From the NCBI GenBank assembly GCA_964470695.1, contig CAYYDR010000001.1, positions 273,997 through 337,996 of the forward strand: DNA of 64,000 bases, given 5' to 3'. This stretch comes from an uncultured Gammaproteobacteria bacterium. GTDB taxonomy: Bacteria > Patescibacteriota > Patescibacteriia > Patescibacteriales > UBA12465. Position numbers and translations under genes: made by a program. Every line of letters begins with the position of its first letter. The stretch's first letter is position 1. The notes under the pieces are model-generated. The model saw only the letters and a list, made by a program, of their open reading frames with translations, was not told the origin of the DNA and searched no databases. Below are positions 54,603-64,000 of the stretch, piece by piece.

Positions 54603-55103
54603 ATGGCCCTTAAAGAAAAAAAATTTAATTATCAGGAGTTAAGCGTGCCGAGTTTAATCGGTTTAACTTCTTTGCGCCTAGAAGCGATTGCTGATCGTCT
54701 TATTTTTAAGCCGCTTAAATTAACCTCGGCTAGCTTCCGTATCTTGGCTGTAATCGGCGAGCTTGGGGAAATCGCGCCTAAAGAAATTTTAAGTTATTTG
54801 GGCGGCACTAAATCTAACCTTACCCAGCGTCTTAATTATTTAAGCCGCCTGTCTCTAGTAAAAATAAAAAAATCAGACTCTGGCGACCGGCGTCAGATTA
54901 AAATATCTTTGACCAAGCAAGGGCAGGCTAGTTTATCTAAAATAAAGGCCAGCATTGACCATAATCAGCTGCATTTGGAAAAATTTTTTACCGCTCTTGA
55001 GCTGAAAAGTTTTTTATCATTCATTATTAAATTAAATAAGAAATTGGACGCCTGTGGCGGACATAGTATGGAAATTTGTAAAAATAAATCATGCCAAATA
55101 TGA
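54603..55103 (+). CDS. MarR-family transcriptional regulator
   Basis: 166 aa. Winged-helix region (LTSASFRILAVIGELGEIAPKEILSYLGGTKSNLTQRLNYLSRLSLVKIKKSDSGDRRQIKISLT). Cys/His-containing C-terminal tail (ACGGHSMEICKNKSC). Confidence 0.75.
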   Translation: MALKEKKFNYQELSVPSLIGLTSLRLEAIADRLIFKPLKLTSASFRILAVIGELGEIAPKEILSYLGGTKSNLTQRLNYLSRLSLVKIKKSDSGDRRQIKISLTKQGQASLSKIKASIDHNQLHLEKFFTALELKSFLSFIIKLNKKLDACGGHSMEICKNKSCQI

Positions 55104-57007
55104 AAATGCCAAAATTATCTCTCGGTTTATTATTAATTTTGTTAACGTTAACTTTAAGCGCTTGCGGTTCGCCAACCGCGGAAGTCGCTGTTCCGCCTCA
55201 ACCCCTGGCGGTTAAAGGACAAACAGCTGGCGCTAGTTTTAGCGTTAAGCAAAATTTGTCATATCCCGGTTTAGTGGTTGCTGATAGCGAAGCGACTGTT
55301 AGCGCTAAGTCCAGCGGCAATTTAACGGCGGCTAATTTTAAAGTTGGCGATAAGGTGTCTTTAGGCCAGGAAATTGCCAAGATTGATGATGTTAATTCCG
55401 CCTCTTTTAATTCGGCTAATTTTAACACCAATCAAATTAAGCAGGCTAAAATAATCGTATCGCAAGCAGAGGCGGCCTATAATTTAGCTCGGACAAATTA
55501 TAATAATATCTTGATTTCGGCGGTTAAAGATTTGCGGAGCGCGGAGATTTCCCGCGACCAAGCGGCTAAGGGGCAAAGTAATTTAGATATTACGACTGCC
55601 GAAAGCCTGAAGAGCGCGGAGTTAGCTTACGAAACCGCGCAGATTGCGACCGAACAAGCTAAGACGACTTTAGCTAATCGGGAAAAATTAGCGGTCCAAA
55701 GTTCTCAAGATGCTTCTACTAACGCCGACTTAGCAGCTAGCTCGGTAGTTAGCGCGGCTGGCTCGGTTATTACTAATATTAATAATTTAGCCGCTTTTGA
55801 TGATAATAATATTGTTTCTATCAGTTACCGTTCTAATTTAGGGGCTTTAGACAGCAAATCTTATGATATAGCCGAAGAGGCTTATAAAAAAGCCAAAAAT
55901 ATTTATGTAGATTATGGCGCTAAAAAATTAACAGCTGTCAGCGAGAAGGTGGAAGGAGCAATTATAGTAGCTAACGCTGCTAAAGCCGCCGCCGATGCTA
56001 CTAAAGATTTATTAGATAAAACAATTTCTTCCAGTGCTTTGCCGCAGAGTTCTGTTTCCGGTCCGTCTCTATCAGGGCTGCAGGCTGCGGTGGCTGGTTA
56101 TCAGGCGCAAATGAATGCCGCGGTTAGTCAAATTAATGGCGCTAAGCAAGGACTGGGAAATATTGATTTGAATAATTCTACCCTGCTTGATAGTTTGCGC
56201 CAGGCTTATAAAATTGCGCAGCAGCAAGAGGCCAGTGCTAAACAGAATTTAGCTAATTTAAAATCCGGCAATACTAGCCAGCAGAATCAGGCTGGGTTTG
56301 TATCTAATTTAGCCCAGAATCAATATGATAATGCTAAAGTTAAAATTGAATCACAGGTTAACGCGGCTAGGACGCAGATGGAAACAGCCAATCTCCAGTA
56401 TAGTAATGCCATTGTAGCTTTGCAGAGTTTATATGACGCTCATTCTGTAATTTCTCCGATTGACGGCACGATTACTAAAGTTTTTATTACTGACGGCCAA
56501 TCTGTTGCCCCCGGCCAGCCGATTGTGACTATTTCCCAAATTCAAAATATCAAAGTCCAGTTTTATGTTGAGGCTGATAATCTGGCCGATATTAAGCCGG
56601 GCCTACCAGTTAAAGTTGTAAACAGTGATAATATCAGTTATACGGGCGTTGTTTCCGCTATTTCGCCGCAAGCCGATCCAATGACTAGGCGTTTTTTAGC
56701 GGAGGTGAAATTAGAAAATCCCGAGGGCCTGCTTTTGGGTACGGTGGCGACTGTTAATTTAGAGATAACCAAGGGGACGGCTTCGGCGGGCGTAATAATT
56801 CTGCCCCTGTCGGCCGTGACTGTCGGCCAGAATGGCAATTATATTTTTATTGCTGAAAATAATCAGGCTAAAAAAGTAGAGGTTACTATTAAAGAGGTGA
56901 TGGGCGAATTAGCTCAGATTAAGGCTGATTTGCCGGCTAGTGCTTTTATTATTACGGAAGGAAATCGCTTATTGCAAGAAGGCCAGGCTGTTTCTATTAC
57001 CCAATAA
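55091..57007 (+). CDS. Efflux RND periplasmic adaptor (MFP/HlyD family) lipoprotein with very long coiled-coil hairpin
   Basis: 638 aa. Lipobox LTLSAC. Split lipoyl-like halves (FKVGDKVSLGQEIAKID ... ISPIDGTITKVFITDGQSVAPGQPIVTI) are separated by about 330 aa of A/Q/N/S-rich helical sequence. C-terminal beta-barrel/MPD-like region. Confidence 0.8.
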   Translation: MPNMKMPKLSLGLLLILLTLTLSACGSPTAEVAVPPQPLAVKGQTAGASFSVKQNLSYPGLVVADSEATVSAKSSGNLTAANFKVGDKVSLGQEIAKIDDVNSASFNSANFNTNQIKQAKIIVSQAEAAYNLARTNYNNILISAVKDLRSAEISRDQAAKGQSNLDITTAESLKSAELAYETAQIATEQAKTTLANREKLAVQSSQDASTNADLAASSVVSAAGSVITNINNLAAFDDNNIVSISYRSNLGALDSKSYDIAEEAYKKAKNIYVDYGAKKLTAVSEKVEGAIIVANAAKAAADATKDLLDKTISSSALPQSSVSGPSLSGLQAAVAGYQAQMNAAVSQINGAKQGLGNIDLNNSTLLDSLRQAYKIAQQQEASAKQNLANLKSGNTSQQNQAGFVSNLAQNQYDNAKVKIESQVNAARTQMETANLQYSNAIVALQSLYDAHSVISPIDGTITKVFITDGQSVAPGQPIVTISQIQNIKVQFYVEADNLADIKPGLPVKVVNSDNISYTGVVSAISPQADPMTRRFLAEVKLENPEGLLLGTVATVNLEITKGTASAGVIILPLSAVTVGQNGNYIFIAENNQAKKVEVTIKEVMGELAQIKADLPASAFIITEGNRLLQEGQAVSITQ

Positions 57008-57011
57008 GCAT

Positions 57012-60000
57012 ATGAATATCCATATTAATCATAATCAGCCTGAGCCTAAAATTTCTATGCCGGTTGAGACAATGGCCGAAAAATTTTCCCCAGCCGGCTC
57101 TACGCCGCCTGCGCCAAACGCTAATTCCTCGGCTAATAAAACCTCTGATCATTTGTATTTGGAGCGTTTAGAATTTAGGCCAGAGCTTCGTAAAAGTTTT
57201 ATTAATTTTTTTATTGTTAATTTCCGGGTAGTAATACTTTTGATTTTAATTTTGACCGGGGCAGGGATATATTCTTTTTCGGTTTTACCGCGCGAATCTA
57301 ATCCGGAGGTAAAAATTCCTATTGCCGTTGTTATGACGGTTTATCCGGGCGCTTCTCCGGCGGACATTGAGGAATTAGTTACTAAAAAATTAGAGACGGG
57401 AATTTCCGGCGTTAAAAATATTGATAAGATAACCTCTAATTCATCTAATTCCGTCTCGGCTATTACGGTTGAGTTTGACTCTAAGGCCAACCTAGATGAT
57501 TCCATCCGCAGCCTGCGCGACGCGGTTAATAACGCTAAAGTCAATTTGCCGAGCGCGGTTAACGAGCCGCTCGTTAAAGAAATATCGCTAGATGATTCGC
57601 CTATTTTAACTATGGCTTTGTCCGGCCCATATGATGGGTTTGTTTTGCGTCAGGCCGGCGATCAAATTAAAGATGAATTAGAAAAAATTCCGGGTGTCCG
57701 CGAAGTAAAAATTTCCGGCGGCAACGAAAGGGAATTCACGATCAATTATGATCCGCAGAAATTATCTTTTTATAATTTATCGCCCGCCCAGGCTAACCAG
57801 AAGATCGCGAGCGTTAATTTAGCGATTCCGGCTGGGACTTTTGAAGGACGGGAGTACTCTTATCCGGTGCGGGCGGACGGCCGTTTTTTTACGACTCAGG
57901 TTTTAGCTAACACGCCGATTATTCATACCGATAGCGGAGCAATTATTTACTTAAAAGATATTGCCGAAGTTAAAGACGCGGCGATTAAGAAGACGGTTTA
58001 TTCTCGCCTGTCTTCGGGCGGACAGGCCGCCGCCGATGACGTCACGTTGCAGATTATTAAGAAAACGGGAGGTAACATTATTAATACCGTTGATGAAGTC
58101 AAGAAGAAGACGGAAATAGAATTAGGTAAATTGCCCGCTGGTTTGCATTATGATACGACGGTGGATATGTCGCAGCAGATTGTTAAGGATTTTAATCAAT
58201 TAACCCATGATTTTACCTTAACTATTATTTTAGTTTTTACTATTTTATTTTTAATAGTCGGGTTAAAGGAGGCGCTAGTCGCTGGCTTAGCCGTCCCCTT
58301 AGTTTTTTTCGCAACTTTTGCGGTCATGCTTTGGACGGGAATCAGCCTTAATTTTCTGTCGCTCTTTTCTTTAATTCTCGCCTTGGGCTTGTTAGTTGAT
58401 GATGCCATTGTCGTCGTTTCGGCGACCAAACAATATTTAAGAACGGGGAAATTTACGCCGGAAGAAGCCGTCCTTTTAGTTCTTAATGATTTTAAGGTCG
58501 TTTTACTTACTACCACTTTAACTACGGTCTGGGCTTTCTTACCGCTCTTAATGTCAACGGGCATTATTGGTGAATTTATTAAATCTATTCCGATTACGGT
58601 TTCCGTTACTTTAATTTCTTCTTTGATTATTGCTTTAATTATTAATCATCCCTTGGCGGCTGTTTTAGAAAGAATTAGAATGACGCGTAATTTTTTCTTT
58701 AGCTTGTCCGGTCTAATTTTAGCTCTAGCTATCATTCTAAGTGTCTTCGGCGGAATAGTAGGAATTATGTTTGGTTTAGCTTTACTCGGCGTAGTCGTCG
58801 TCCTTATTAACTGGTATAGGCAGGGCGGCCGGCGTAAATTAGAAGCTAATGCTGTGCTTATGGATAGGGAATGGGCGGATGATAATTTAATTAAACATAA
58901 ATTAAGAGAGCAGGGCCGACATGATCATGAAGATTTTTACCATCGTTTATTGCATGGCATTGTTCGTTTTGATGTTTTTTTACCGATTTATGAAAAATAT
59001 TTGCGAATTTTGCTCGCTACTAAAAAATCACGGCGTTTAACTTTGGCGATAGTGGCTGGATTGTTTTTAGTCGCGATGGCTTTACCGATTTCCGGGATAG
59101 TCCAGAGCCAATTTTTTCCTCCCTCAGATTCCACTATGGTTAATATAACCTTAGAGGGTCCGGCCGGCTTGAAATTAGATGAAACCGATAAGATTGTGCG
59201 CCGGGTTGAAGAAAAACTTTATAAATATCCGGAAATAGTTAATTTTACTACCATTGTTGGTAATGGCGGCTCCGCTTCCTCGTTTTCTAGCGGCTCTAAT
59301 TCTTCTAATTTAGCCTCGTTCACTCTAAAATTAAAGGAGTCGGCTGATAGGGAGCTAAGATCTTATGAGTTAGCTGATAAAATTAACGCTGATTTGGCCG
59401 AGATAAAAGAGGCGACGGTTAAAGCCGAGGCGCCTAAGGGCGGTCCGCCTTCTGGCGCGGATTTCCAGGCGCAGATTAGCGGTGAAGACCTTCAGACGCT
59501 TGATAAAATTGCGCGGGAGTTAGAAGTGACTTTAAAGAGTTTGCCGGAAGTTAGTAAAACCGATATTTCTCTTAAAGACTCGCCGGCTGATTATACCTTT
59601 ACGCTTGATCCGGCTCGTTTAGAGCTTTATGATTTAAACGCGGCCTATGTCGGCTCAACCTTGCGCTTAGCCATCTCAGGCACAGAAGTCACTAAAGTAG
59701 TTATTAATGGTAAAGAGGTGAAGGTGCTAGCTAAATTCGCGCCTGATAAAATACCCAGCTTAGAGGCGATTCAAAATTTACAGATACTTAATACCAAAAA
59801 TCAGCCTATCTTTTTGAAAGATGTGGCTAAGATAGAGTTGAAGCCGTCAGTTGCGACTATTACTCGCATTGACCAGCGCCGGACTGTTCTTTTAACGGCG
59901 TCTCTTAAGGGCGGATCTAACGCCTCTCTAGTGGTAGCCGAGTTCCAGAAAAAGACCAAGAGCTATAATTTTCCATCCGGTTACGAGATTGGCTACGGCG

Positions 60001-60518
60001 GCGAAAATGAGCAGAATGCTGAATCAGTTAAATCAATACTCCGAGCGATGATTGTGGCTTTTTTCTTGATTATTTCTACTCTTATTATTCAATTTAATTC
60101 TTTCCGCCAAGCGTCTATCGTTTTGGTAACTATCCCGCTGGCACTTATCGGCGTTTTCTTCGGACTCGCGATGGTACGTCTGCCTTTATCATTCCCAGGT
60201 CTTATCGGTATTCTTGCCTTGTGCGGCATCGTTGTTAAGAACGCGATTATTCTAATGGATAAAATAAATCTTAATTTAAAAAGCGGCATTCCTTTTAAAG
60301 AGTCAATTATTGATGCTGGCAAGTCGCGTTTAGAAGCCATATTTATCACTTCCATTTGTACCATTCTCGGCATTATCCCGATTACGATGTCTAATGAAAC
60401 TTGGCGGGCACTAGGCGGCTCAATTATTTTCGGCCTGATGCTTTCCTCATTCTTAACCTTATTTATTGTGCCGACCATGTTTATGTCTTTCATTAAGGAT
60501 AAAAAGAGGTATAATTAA
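57012..60518 (+). CDS. RND-superfamily efflux permease (AcrB/CzcA-like)
   Basis: 1168 aa from ATG 57012, 4 nt after the adaptor stop. Two-fold repeat of TM bundles and large loops. LLVDDAIVV motif in TM4. N-terminal approximately 75-aa extension and a charged approximately 80-aa insert mid-protein. Confidence 0.85.
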   Translation: MNIHINHNQPEPKISMPVETMAEKFSPAGSTPPAPNANSSANKTSDHLYLERLEFRPELRKSFINFFIVNFRVVILLILILTGAGIYSFSVLPRESNPEVKIPIAVVMTVYPGASPADIEELVTKKLETGISGVKNIDKITSNSSNSVSAITVEFDSKANLDDSIRSLRDAVNNAKVNLPSAVNEPLVKEISLDDSPILTMALSGPYDGFVLRQAGDQIKDELEKIPGVREVKISGGNEREFTINYDPQKLSFYNLSPAQANQKIASVNLAIPAGTFEGREYSYPVRADGRFFTTQVLANTPIIHTDSGAIIYLKDIAEVKDAAIKKTVYSRLSSGGQAAADDVTLQIIKKTGGNIINTVDEVKKKTEIELGKLPAGLHYDTTVDMSQQIVKDFNQLTHDFTLTIILVFTILFLIVGLKEALVAGLAVPLVFFATFAVMLWTGISLNFLSLFSLILALGLLVDDAIVVVSATKQYLRTGKFTPEEAVLLVLNDFKVVLLTTTLTTVWAFLPLLMSTGIIGEFIKSIPITVSVTLISSLIIALIINHPLAAVLERIRMTRNFFFSLSGLILALAIILSVFGGIVGIMFGLALLGVVVVLINWYRQGGRRKLEANAVLMDREWADDNLIKHKLREQGRHDHEDFYHRLLHGIVRFDVFLPIYEKYLRILLATKKSRRLTLAIVAGLFLVAMALPISGIVQSQFFPPSDSTMVNITLEGPAGLKLDETDKIVRRVEEKLYKYPEIVNFTTIVGNGGSASSFSSGSNSSNLASFTLKLKESADRELRSYELADKINADLAEIKEATVKAEAPKGGPPSGADFQAQISGEDLQTLDKIARELEVTLKSLPEVSKTDISLKDSPADYTFTLDPARLELYDLNAAYVGSTLRLAISGTEVTKVVINGKEVKVLAKFAPDKIPSLEAIQNLQILNTKNQPIFLKDVAKIELKPSVATITRIDQRRTVLLTASLKGGSNASLVVAEFQKKTKSYNFPSGYEIGYGGENEQNAESVKSILRAMIVAFFLIISTLIIQFNSFRQASIVLVTIPLALIGVFFGLAMVRLPLSFPGLIGILALCGIVVKNAIILMDKINLNLKSGIPFKESIIDAGKSRLEAIFITSICTILGIIPITMSNETWRALGGSIIFGLMLSSFLTLFIVPTMFMSFIKDKKRYN

Positions 60519-60559
60519 TTATAGACGGGTTATCCGTCTCTAATATTTAAATAATCTTT

Positions 60560-61246
60560 ATGTCCAATCCCATTAAACCTAGTTTTAAAACAGAGTGGCT
60601 GTCCGTTGCTCTTATTATTCTAAGCGTTGCAGTCGGAATTTATTTTTATCAGCATTTCCCGGCTAAGGTGCCGAGCCACTGGAATATCCGCGGTGAAGTA
60701 GATGGTTATAGTTCGGCGGCTCTTGGCGCCTTTCTACTGCCTGGCATAATAATCGCGATGTACCTAATGTTCATTATCATGCCTTATTTTGATCCGAAGA
60801 GAGAGCAGTATGCTAGTTTCGCGCCGACTTACCATCGTTTTAAAGATCTAATGGTCGCTTTCTTATATATTTTATTTTTGATGACGGGCTTAAACGGCCT
60901 CGGTTATAAGGTTGATATCGGCTTTTGGGTGCCGCTTTTAATTGGTGGCTTATTTGTTATCATTGGCGTGATGATGGAGAAAGTTAAGATGAATTGGTTT
61001 ATGGGCATTAGAACCCCCTGGACTATGTCTTCAGAAGCGGTTTGGGATAAGACCCATAAGCTAAGCGGCAAAATTTTAATGGCGGCCGGCTTATTAATCG
61101 CCGCGACAGTTTTAGTGCCGCCGACTGGTAAAGTTATTTTATTTATTTTAGCGATTGCTTTAGTAATAATTACTCTGCCTCTTTATTCATATGTTTTATT
61201 TCGGAAAGAGGAGAGGAATAGGAAATTTTCTTCGGCCCAGAAATAA
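60560..61246 (+). CDS. SdpI/YfhL-like membrane protein (DUF1648 + SdpI domains)
   Basis: 228 aa. N-terminal FPAKVPSHWNIRGEVDGY (DUF1648-type) and the later NWFMGIRTPWT motif typical of the SdpI family. Confidence 0.7.
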   Translation: MSNPIKPSFKTEWLSVALIILSVAVGIYFYQHFPAKVPSHWNIRGEVDGYSSAALGAFLLPGIIIAMYLMFIIMPYFDPKREQYASFAPTYHRFKDLMVAFLYILFLMTGLNGLGYKVDIGFWVPLLIGGLFVIIGVMMEKVKMNWFMGIRTPWTMSSEAVWDKTHKLSGKILMAAGLLIAATVLVPPTGKVILFILAIALVIITLPLYSYVLFRKEERNRKFSSAQK

Positions 61247-61296
61247 GTCGGCCCGGCATCTTGCTAAATAAAAACTTAAAATTAACAATTGTTAAA

Positions 61297-61330
61297 TAAA
61301 AAACGGAGTCTTAATCGGCTCCGTTTTTTT
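61297..61330. terminator. Bidirectional terminator between convergent genes
   Basis: ACGGAGTC-TTAATC-GGCTCCGT hairpin flanked by A-run and T8. Confidence 0.8.
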
Positions 61331-61615
61331 TCAGTTGAGATTATAATCTCTAACCGAAATTGTCAGCCCGGGTATTGGGCTAATATTTTTATCTATTTCT
61401 TCTAGTAAATTTTTGTGAGCCATTAATACCTCAAGTTCGCTTATCTCCAGAACTTGGGCTGCTTGTTTATGATCTAATTCTTCATAAATAAGTACGGTTA
61501 GTATAGTCTGTCTAGGCGGTGCCATTTTTTTAATAATGTTTTTTATGGTTTCTGCCCAAGCCGGATCTTTGAAGATTGGCTTTTTATAATTTTTACCTAG
61601 ATTTTCATTTTTCAA
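61331..61615 (-). CDS. Small protein with sigma-70 region-4-like HTH
   Basis: 94 aa, TTG start with GAGGG upstream. RQTILTVLIYEELDHKQAAQVLEISELEVLMAHKNL resembles a sigma region 4 / LuxR-type HTH. Confidence 0.55.
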   Translation of the reverse strand: MKNENLGKNYKKPIFKDPAWAETIKNIIKKMAPPRQTILTVLIYEELDHKQAAQVLEISELEVLMAHKNLLEEIDKNISPIPGLTISVRDYNLN

Positions 61616-61727
61616 AAGAACCCTCAGCTATTTATTATTGATAATATCGGGTCTAATTATAAAATATTATTAATTTGCTGTCAAGAATTCCCCTGCGGTC
61701 GGAAAAGAGCTAGAATGGTAGATAGAT

Positions 61728-62945
61728 ATGCTTAAAGATTTACCATTACCAACTTATTTCCGCCCTAAAAAATTAGACGAGTTTGTTGGCCAAGTCAAAA
61801 TTATCGGCGCCTCTAGCTGGCTTTATCAGGCGATTAAGAATGACAAGGTTCCGTCTTTAATTTTCTGGGGACCGCCAGGGAGCGGTAAAACGACTCTGGC
61901 TTTTATAATTGCCAAAGAAACTAAGGCGGAATTTAAGGAATTAAGCGCGACGTCCAGTGGCGTAAAAGATTTAAAACTAATTGTTGATAGGGCTAAAGAA
62001 AGTAAGCGCTTGGGCGTTAAGACTATTTTATTTATTGATGAAATTCATCGCTGGAATAAGGCGCAGCAGGACGCCCTTTTGCCGCAGGTAGAAAACGGCA
62101 CGATTATTTTAATCGGCGCGACTACGGAAAATCCTAGTTTTGCGGTTAATGGCGCCTTGCTTTCTCGCTCCAAGGTTATTGTCTTAGAAGCTTTGACATC
62201 GGAAGATTTGGAACTTATTATTTCTCGCGCCGCTAAAGAATTAAAAATTAAATTAAGCGCTGAAGTTAAAGGCTTAATTGTTAAGTTTTCTAATGGCGAT
62301 GCCCGCAAGGCGCTTAATATTTTAGAAAGCGCGGTTGAGGTCGGCATTAAGATTACTCCCCAGTTAATAAAAGATATTATTAATAAGCCGAACTTGCTTT
62401 ATGATAAGAATGGGGAAGAGCATTATAATTTAATTTCCGCTTTACATAAATCAATGCGCGGCGGGAGTGCCGACGCGGCCATTTATTATTTAGTCCGGAT
62501 GATAGAGGCGGGCGAGGACCCTCTTTATGTGGCGCGGCGCTTGATCCGTTTTGCTTCCGAAGATATCGGTTTAGCCAATAATAGCGCGCTCATGCTGGCT
62601 ACTGCCACTTATGAGGCTTGCCAGAAGACGGGCTTGCCAGAATGCGGCGTTAACTTAGCTCACTGCGCCGCTTATTTAGCTAAGTCGCCTAAGAGCATCG
62701 CCGTCTATTCAGCCTATCAAAAAGTTCAGGCCGAAATCGCTAATTCCGGTAATCTGCCTGTCCCGCTTCATTTACGAAACGCGCCGACCAAACTAATGAA
62801 AGAATTAGATTACGGCAAAAACTATAAATATACGCCGCTAGAAGATGATTCTAGCCAGGAGTATTTACCAGATAAGATAAAGGGGAAGAAATTTATGCCT
62901 AGTTCAACTAAACTTTCTCCCCCCGGAAGTAGCCGCCCAGCTTAG
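61728..62945 (+). CDS. rarA: Replication-associated recombination protein A (RarA/MgsA AAA+ ATPase)
   Basis: 405 aa. GPPGSGKTTLA Walker A, FIDEIHRWNK Walker B, GATTENPSF, and the C-terminal MgsA helical domain (HYNLISALHKSMRGGSADAAIYYL). Confidence 0.9.
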   Translation: MLKDLPLPTYFRPKKLDEFVGQVKIIGASSWLYQAIKNDKVPSLIFWGPPGSGKTTLAFIIAKETKAEFKELSATSSGVKDLKLIVDRAKESKRLGVKTILFIDEIHRWNKAQQDALLPQVENGTIILIGATTENPSFAVNGALLSRSKVIVLEALTSEDLELIISRAAKELKIKLSAEVKGLIVKFSNGDARKALNILESAVEVGIKITPQLIKDIINKPNLLYDKNGEEHYNLISALHKSMRGGSADAAIYYLVRMIEAGEDPLYVARRLIRFASEDIGLANNSALMLATATYEACQKTGLPECGVNLAHCAAYLAKSPKSIAVYSAYQKVQAEIANSGNLPVPLHLRNAPTKLMKELDYGKNYKYTPLEDDSSQEYLPDKIKGKKFMPSSTKLSPPGSSRPA

Positions 62946-63612
62946 TTAAAGACATTTTATAGCCGCGACCGGTAAAAGTATGAATTAGGTCGCGGTTTTT
63001 GTTTATGTTAAGCTTGCGCCGCAAACTTGCTAGATGAGTTTCCACCGAATTAGAAAAAGGGTCGCAGTTATAGTCCCAGACATGATCCAGAATTTCATTG
63101 CGGGAAACGATTTGGCCGCGACGTTTCATTAAATATTCCAGCAAGGCGAACTCACGCCTGGTTAAATATATTTCTTGCCCGCCGCGCCGGACGATTTTAC
63201 TGCGCGTATTTAAAGTCAGATTATCTAACTTAAATAAATCACCCTCTATTTTACTAGGCCGCTTGAGCAGGGCGCGAACGCGCAGCATCAGCTCTTCAAA
63301 TACGAAGGGCTTAGTTAAATAATCATCGGCGCCGAGTGAAAACATCTCTTCTTTGCTAGCCATCTCCGAATTAACCGTAATCATAATTACTGGCGTATGT
63401 TTTTTATCCTGCCTAATTTCTTTTAGGACATCGGCGCCGTTCATTTTTGGCAAGTTATAATCAAGGATGATTAAGTCATAATGACCGGTCCGTCCTAAGA
63501 AAGCGCCGCGTTCGCCGTCAACCGCACTTTCGGCCGAGTAGTTCTGCGACTCTAAAGATTTTTTTAACAGATGAGCTAAGCCTGGGTCGTCTTCAATGAT
63601 AAGAATTTTCAT
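62908..63612 (-). CDS. OmpR/PhoB-family response regulator
   Basis: 234 aa. Receiver domain (MKILIIEDD...DLIILDYNLP...KPF) plus a winged-helix output domain (LTRREFALLEYLM...VETHLASLRRKL...TGRGYKM). No kinase gene is adjacent in the window. Confidence 0.9.
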   Translation of the reverse strand: MKILIIEDDPGLAHLLKKSLESQNYSAESAVDGERGAFLGRTGHYDLIILDYNLPKMNGADVLKEIRQDKKHTPVIMITVNSEMASKEEMFSLGADDYLTKPFVFEELMLRVRALLKRPSKIEGDLFKLDNLTLNTRSKIVRRGGQEIYLTRREFALLEYLMKRRGQIVSRNEILDHVWDYNCDPFSNSVETHLASLRRKLNINKNRDLIHTFTGRGYKMSLTKLGGYFRGEKV

Positions 63613-63835
63613 AATTTTTATGAGTTAATTTATTAAATGCTCTTATGAGCTTATCTATATTATAGAAAACCCGACCTGAAATATTTTTAAATTTTTTTTA
63701 AAGAAAAAGTAAAGGCTTGGCCAGATTTAGATCGGCCTATATAACTAGAGTTAGCTTATGGAAGCAGAAGGATAAAATGGTTTTTATTTAAATAATTTAT
63801 CTAATATTAAATATAAATTTATTGATTAGTGGGGG

Positions 63836-63865
63836 TTGACAAAATTTGAAATTATATGATATATT
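63836..63865 (+). promoter_or_regulatory. Sigma70 promoter with extended -10
   Basis: TTGACA (63836-63841), 18-nt spacer including TG, TATATT (63860-63865). Confidence 0.55.
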
Positions 63866-63908
63866 CTCCTCATAGTTCCAACATTTTTTAACTGTTATTG
63901 GAGTAGTG

Positions 63909-64000
63909 ATGCAAACACCAGGAAACATAGCCGAAGTTTCTTCAGCCGAAGAAAAACAACAGGTAACTATACCAACAATTTTTCTCAGCAAAGAGGAGGT
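63909..64000 (+). CDS. 5' end of a CDS running off the window (MQTPGNIAEVSSAEEKQQVTIPTIFLSKEE...)
   Basis: ATG at 63909 preceded by GGAG with 5-nt spacing and a promoter about 45 nt upstream. Open to the window end. Function unknown. Confidence 0.45.
   Translation, partial: MQTPGNIAEVSSAEEKQQVTIPTIFLSKEE

Overview
AT-rich (about 40% GC by eye), gene-dense bacterial chromosome segment. Nearly all ORFs are tightly packed, and most intergenic gaps hold a clear hairpin terminator and/or a TGnTATAAT-type promoter. Gene content suggests a small-genome, probably monoderm, Patescibacteria/CPR-like organism; this is inference only, since no searches were possible. The clues are few Shine-Dalgarno sites, tRNAs without encoded CCA, a T4SS-pilin-like small protein, a beta-propeller lipoprotein and a degenerate iPGM. 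All function calls come from motifs read in the supplied translations. Housekeeping genes: fmt-def, clpB behind a perfect CIRCE operator, queH, pgk-eno, tpiA, gyrB, mutM, rpmG (missed by the ORF track), greA, rarA, and four tRNAs (Glu-CTC, Thr-GGT, Tyr-GTA, Trp-CCA). About 15 kb is devoted to metal handling. One operon (39.7-45.9 kb) runs secreted Cys/His protein, then an HMA/DsbD_2-like/2x cupredoxin membrane protein with a Gly/Cys tract, then CopZ, then a CopA with an approximately 260-aa C-terminal tandem-repeat extension. A second, csoR-linked paralogous locus lies at 51.8-53.5 kb. A ZIP transporter, an ECF sigma module and a MarR-MFP-RND-SdpI-like cluster are also present. The best candidates for something undescribed are: (1) the two-locus copper system built on HMA/DsbD_2/cupredoxin membrane proteins, with a shared ACCCCAGGT promoter-proximal motif; (2) an EamA/DMT permease fused to riboflavin kinase, next to a Nudix gene, which may be a flavin salvage module; (3) a strongly expressed three-gene module of unknown function between tRNA-Thr and tRNA-Tyr, ending in a pilin-like protein; (4) unusual Clp/Hsp100 proteins, namely a ClpB with an IGF-containing loop and a membrane-anchored two-ring ATPase; (5) a GC-rich insert bracketed by partial tRNA-Glu copies. 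I saw no CRISPR array, integrase, transposase or rRNA.
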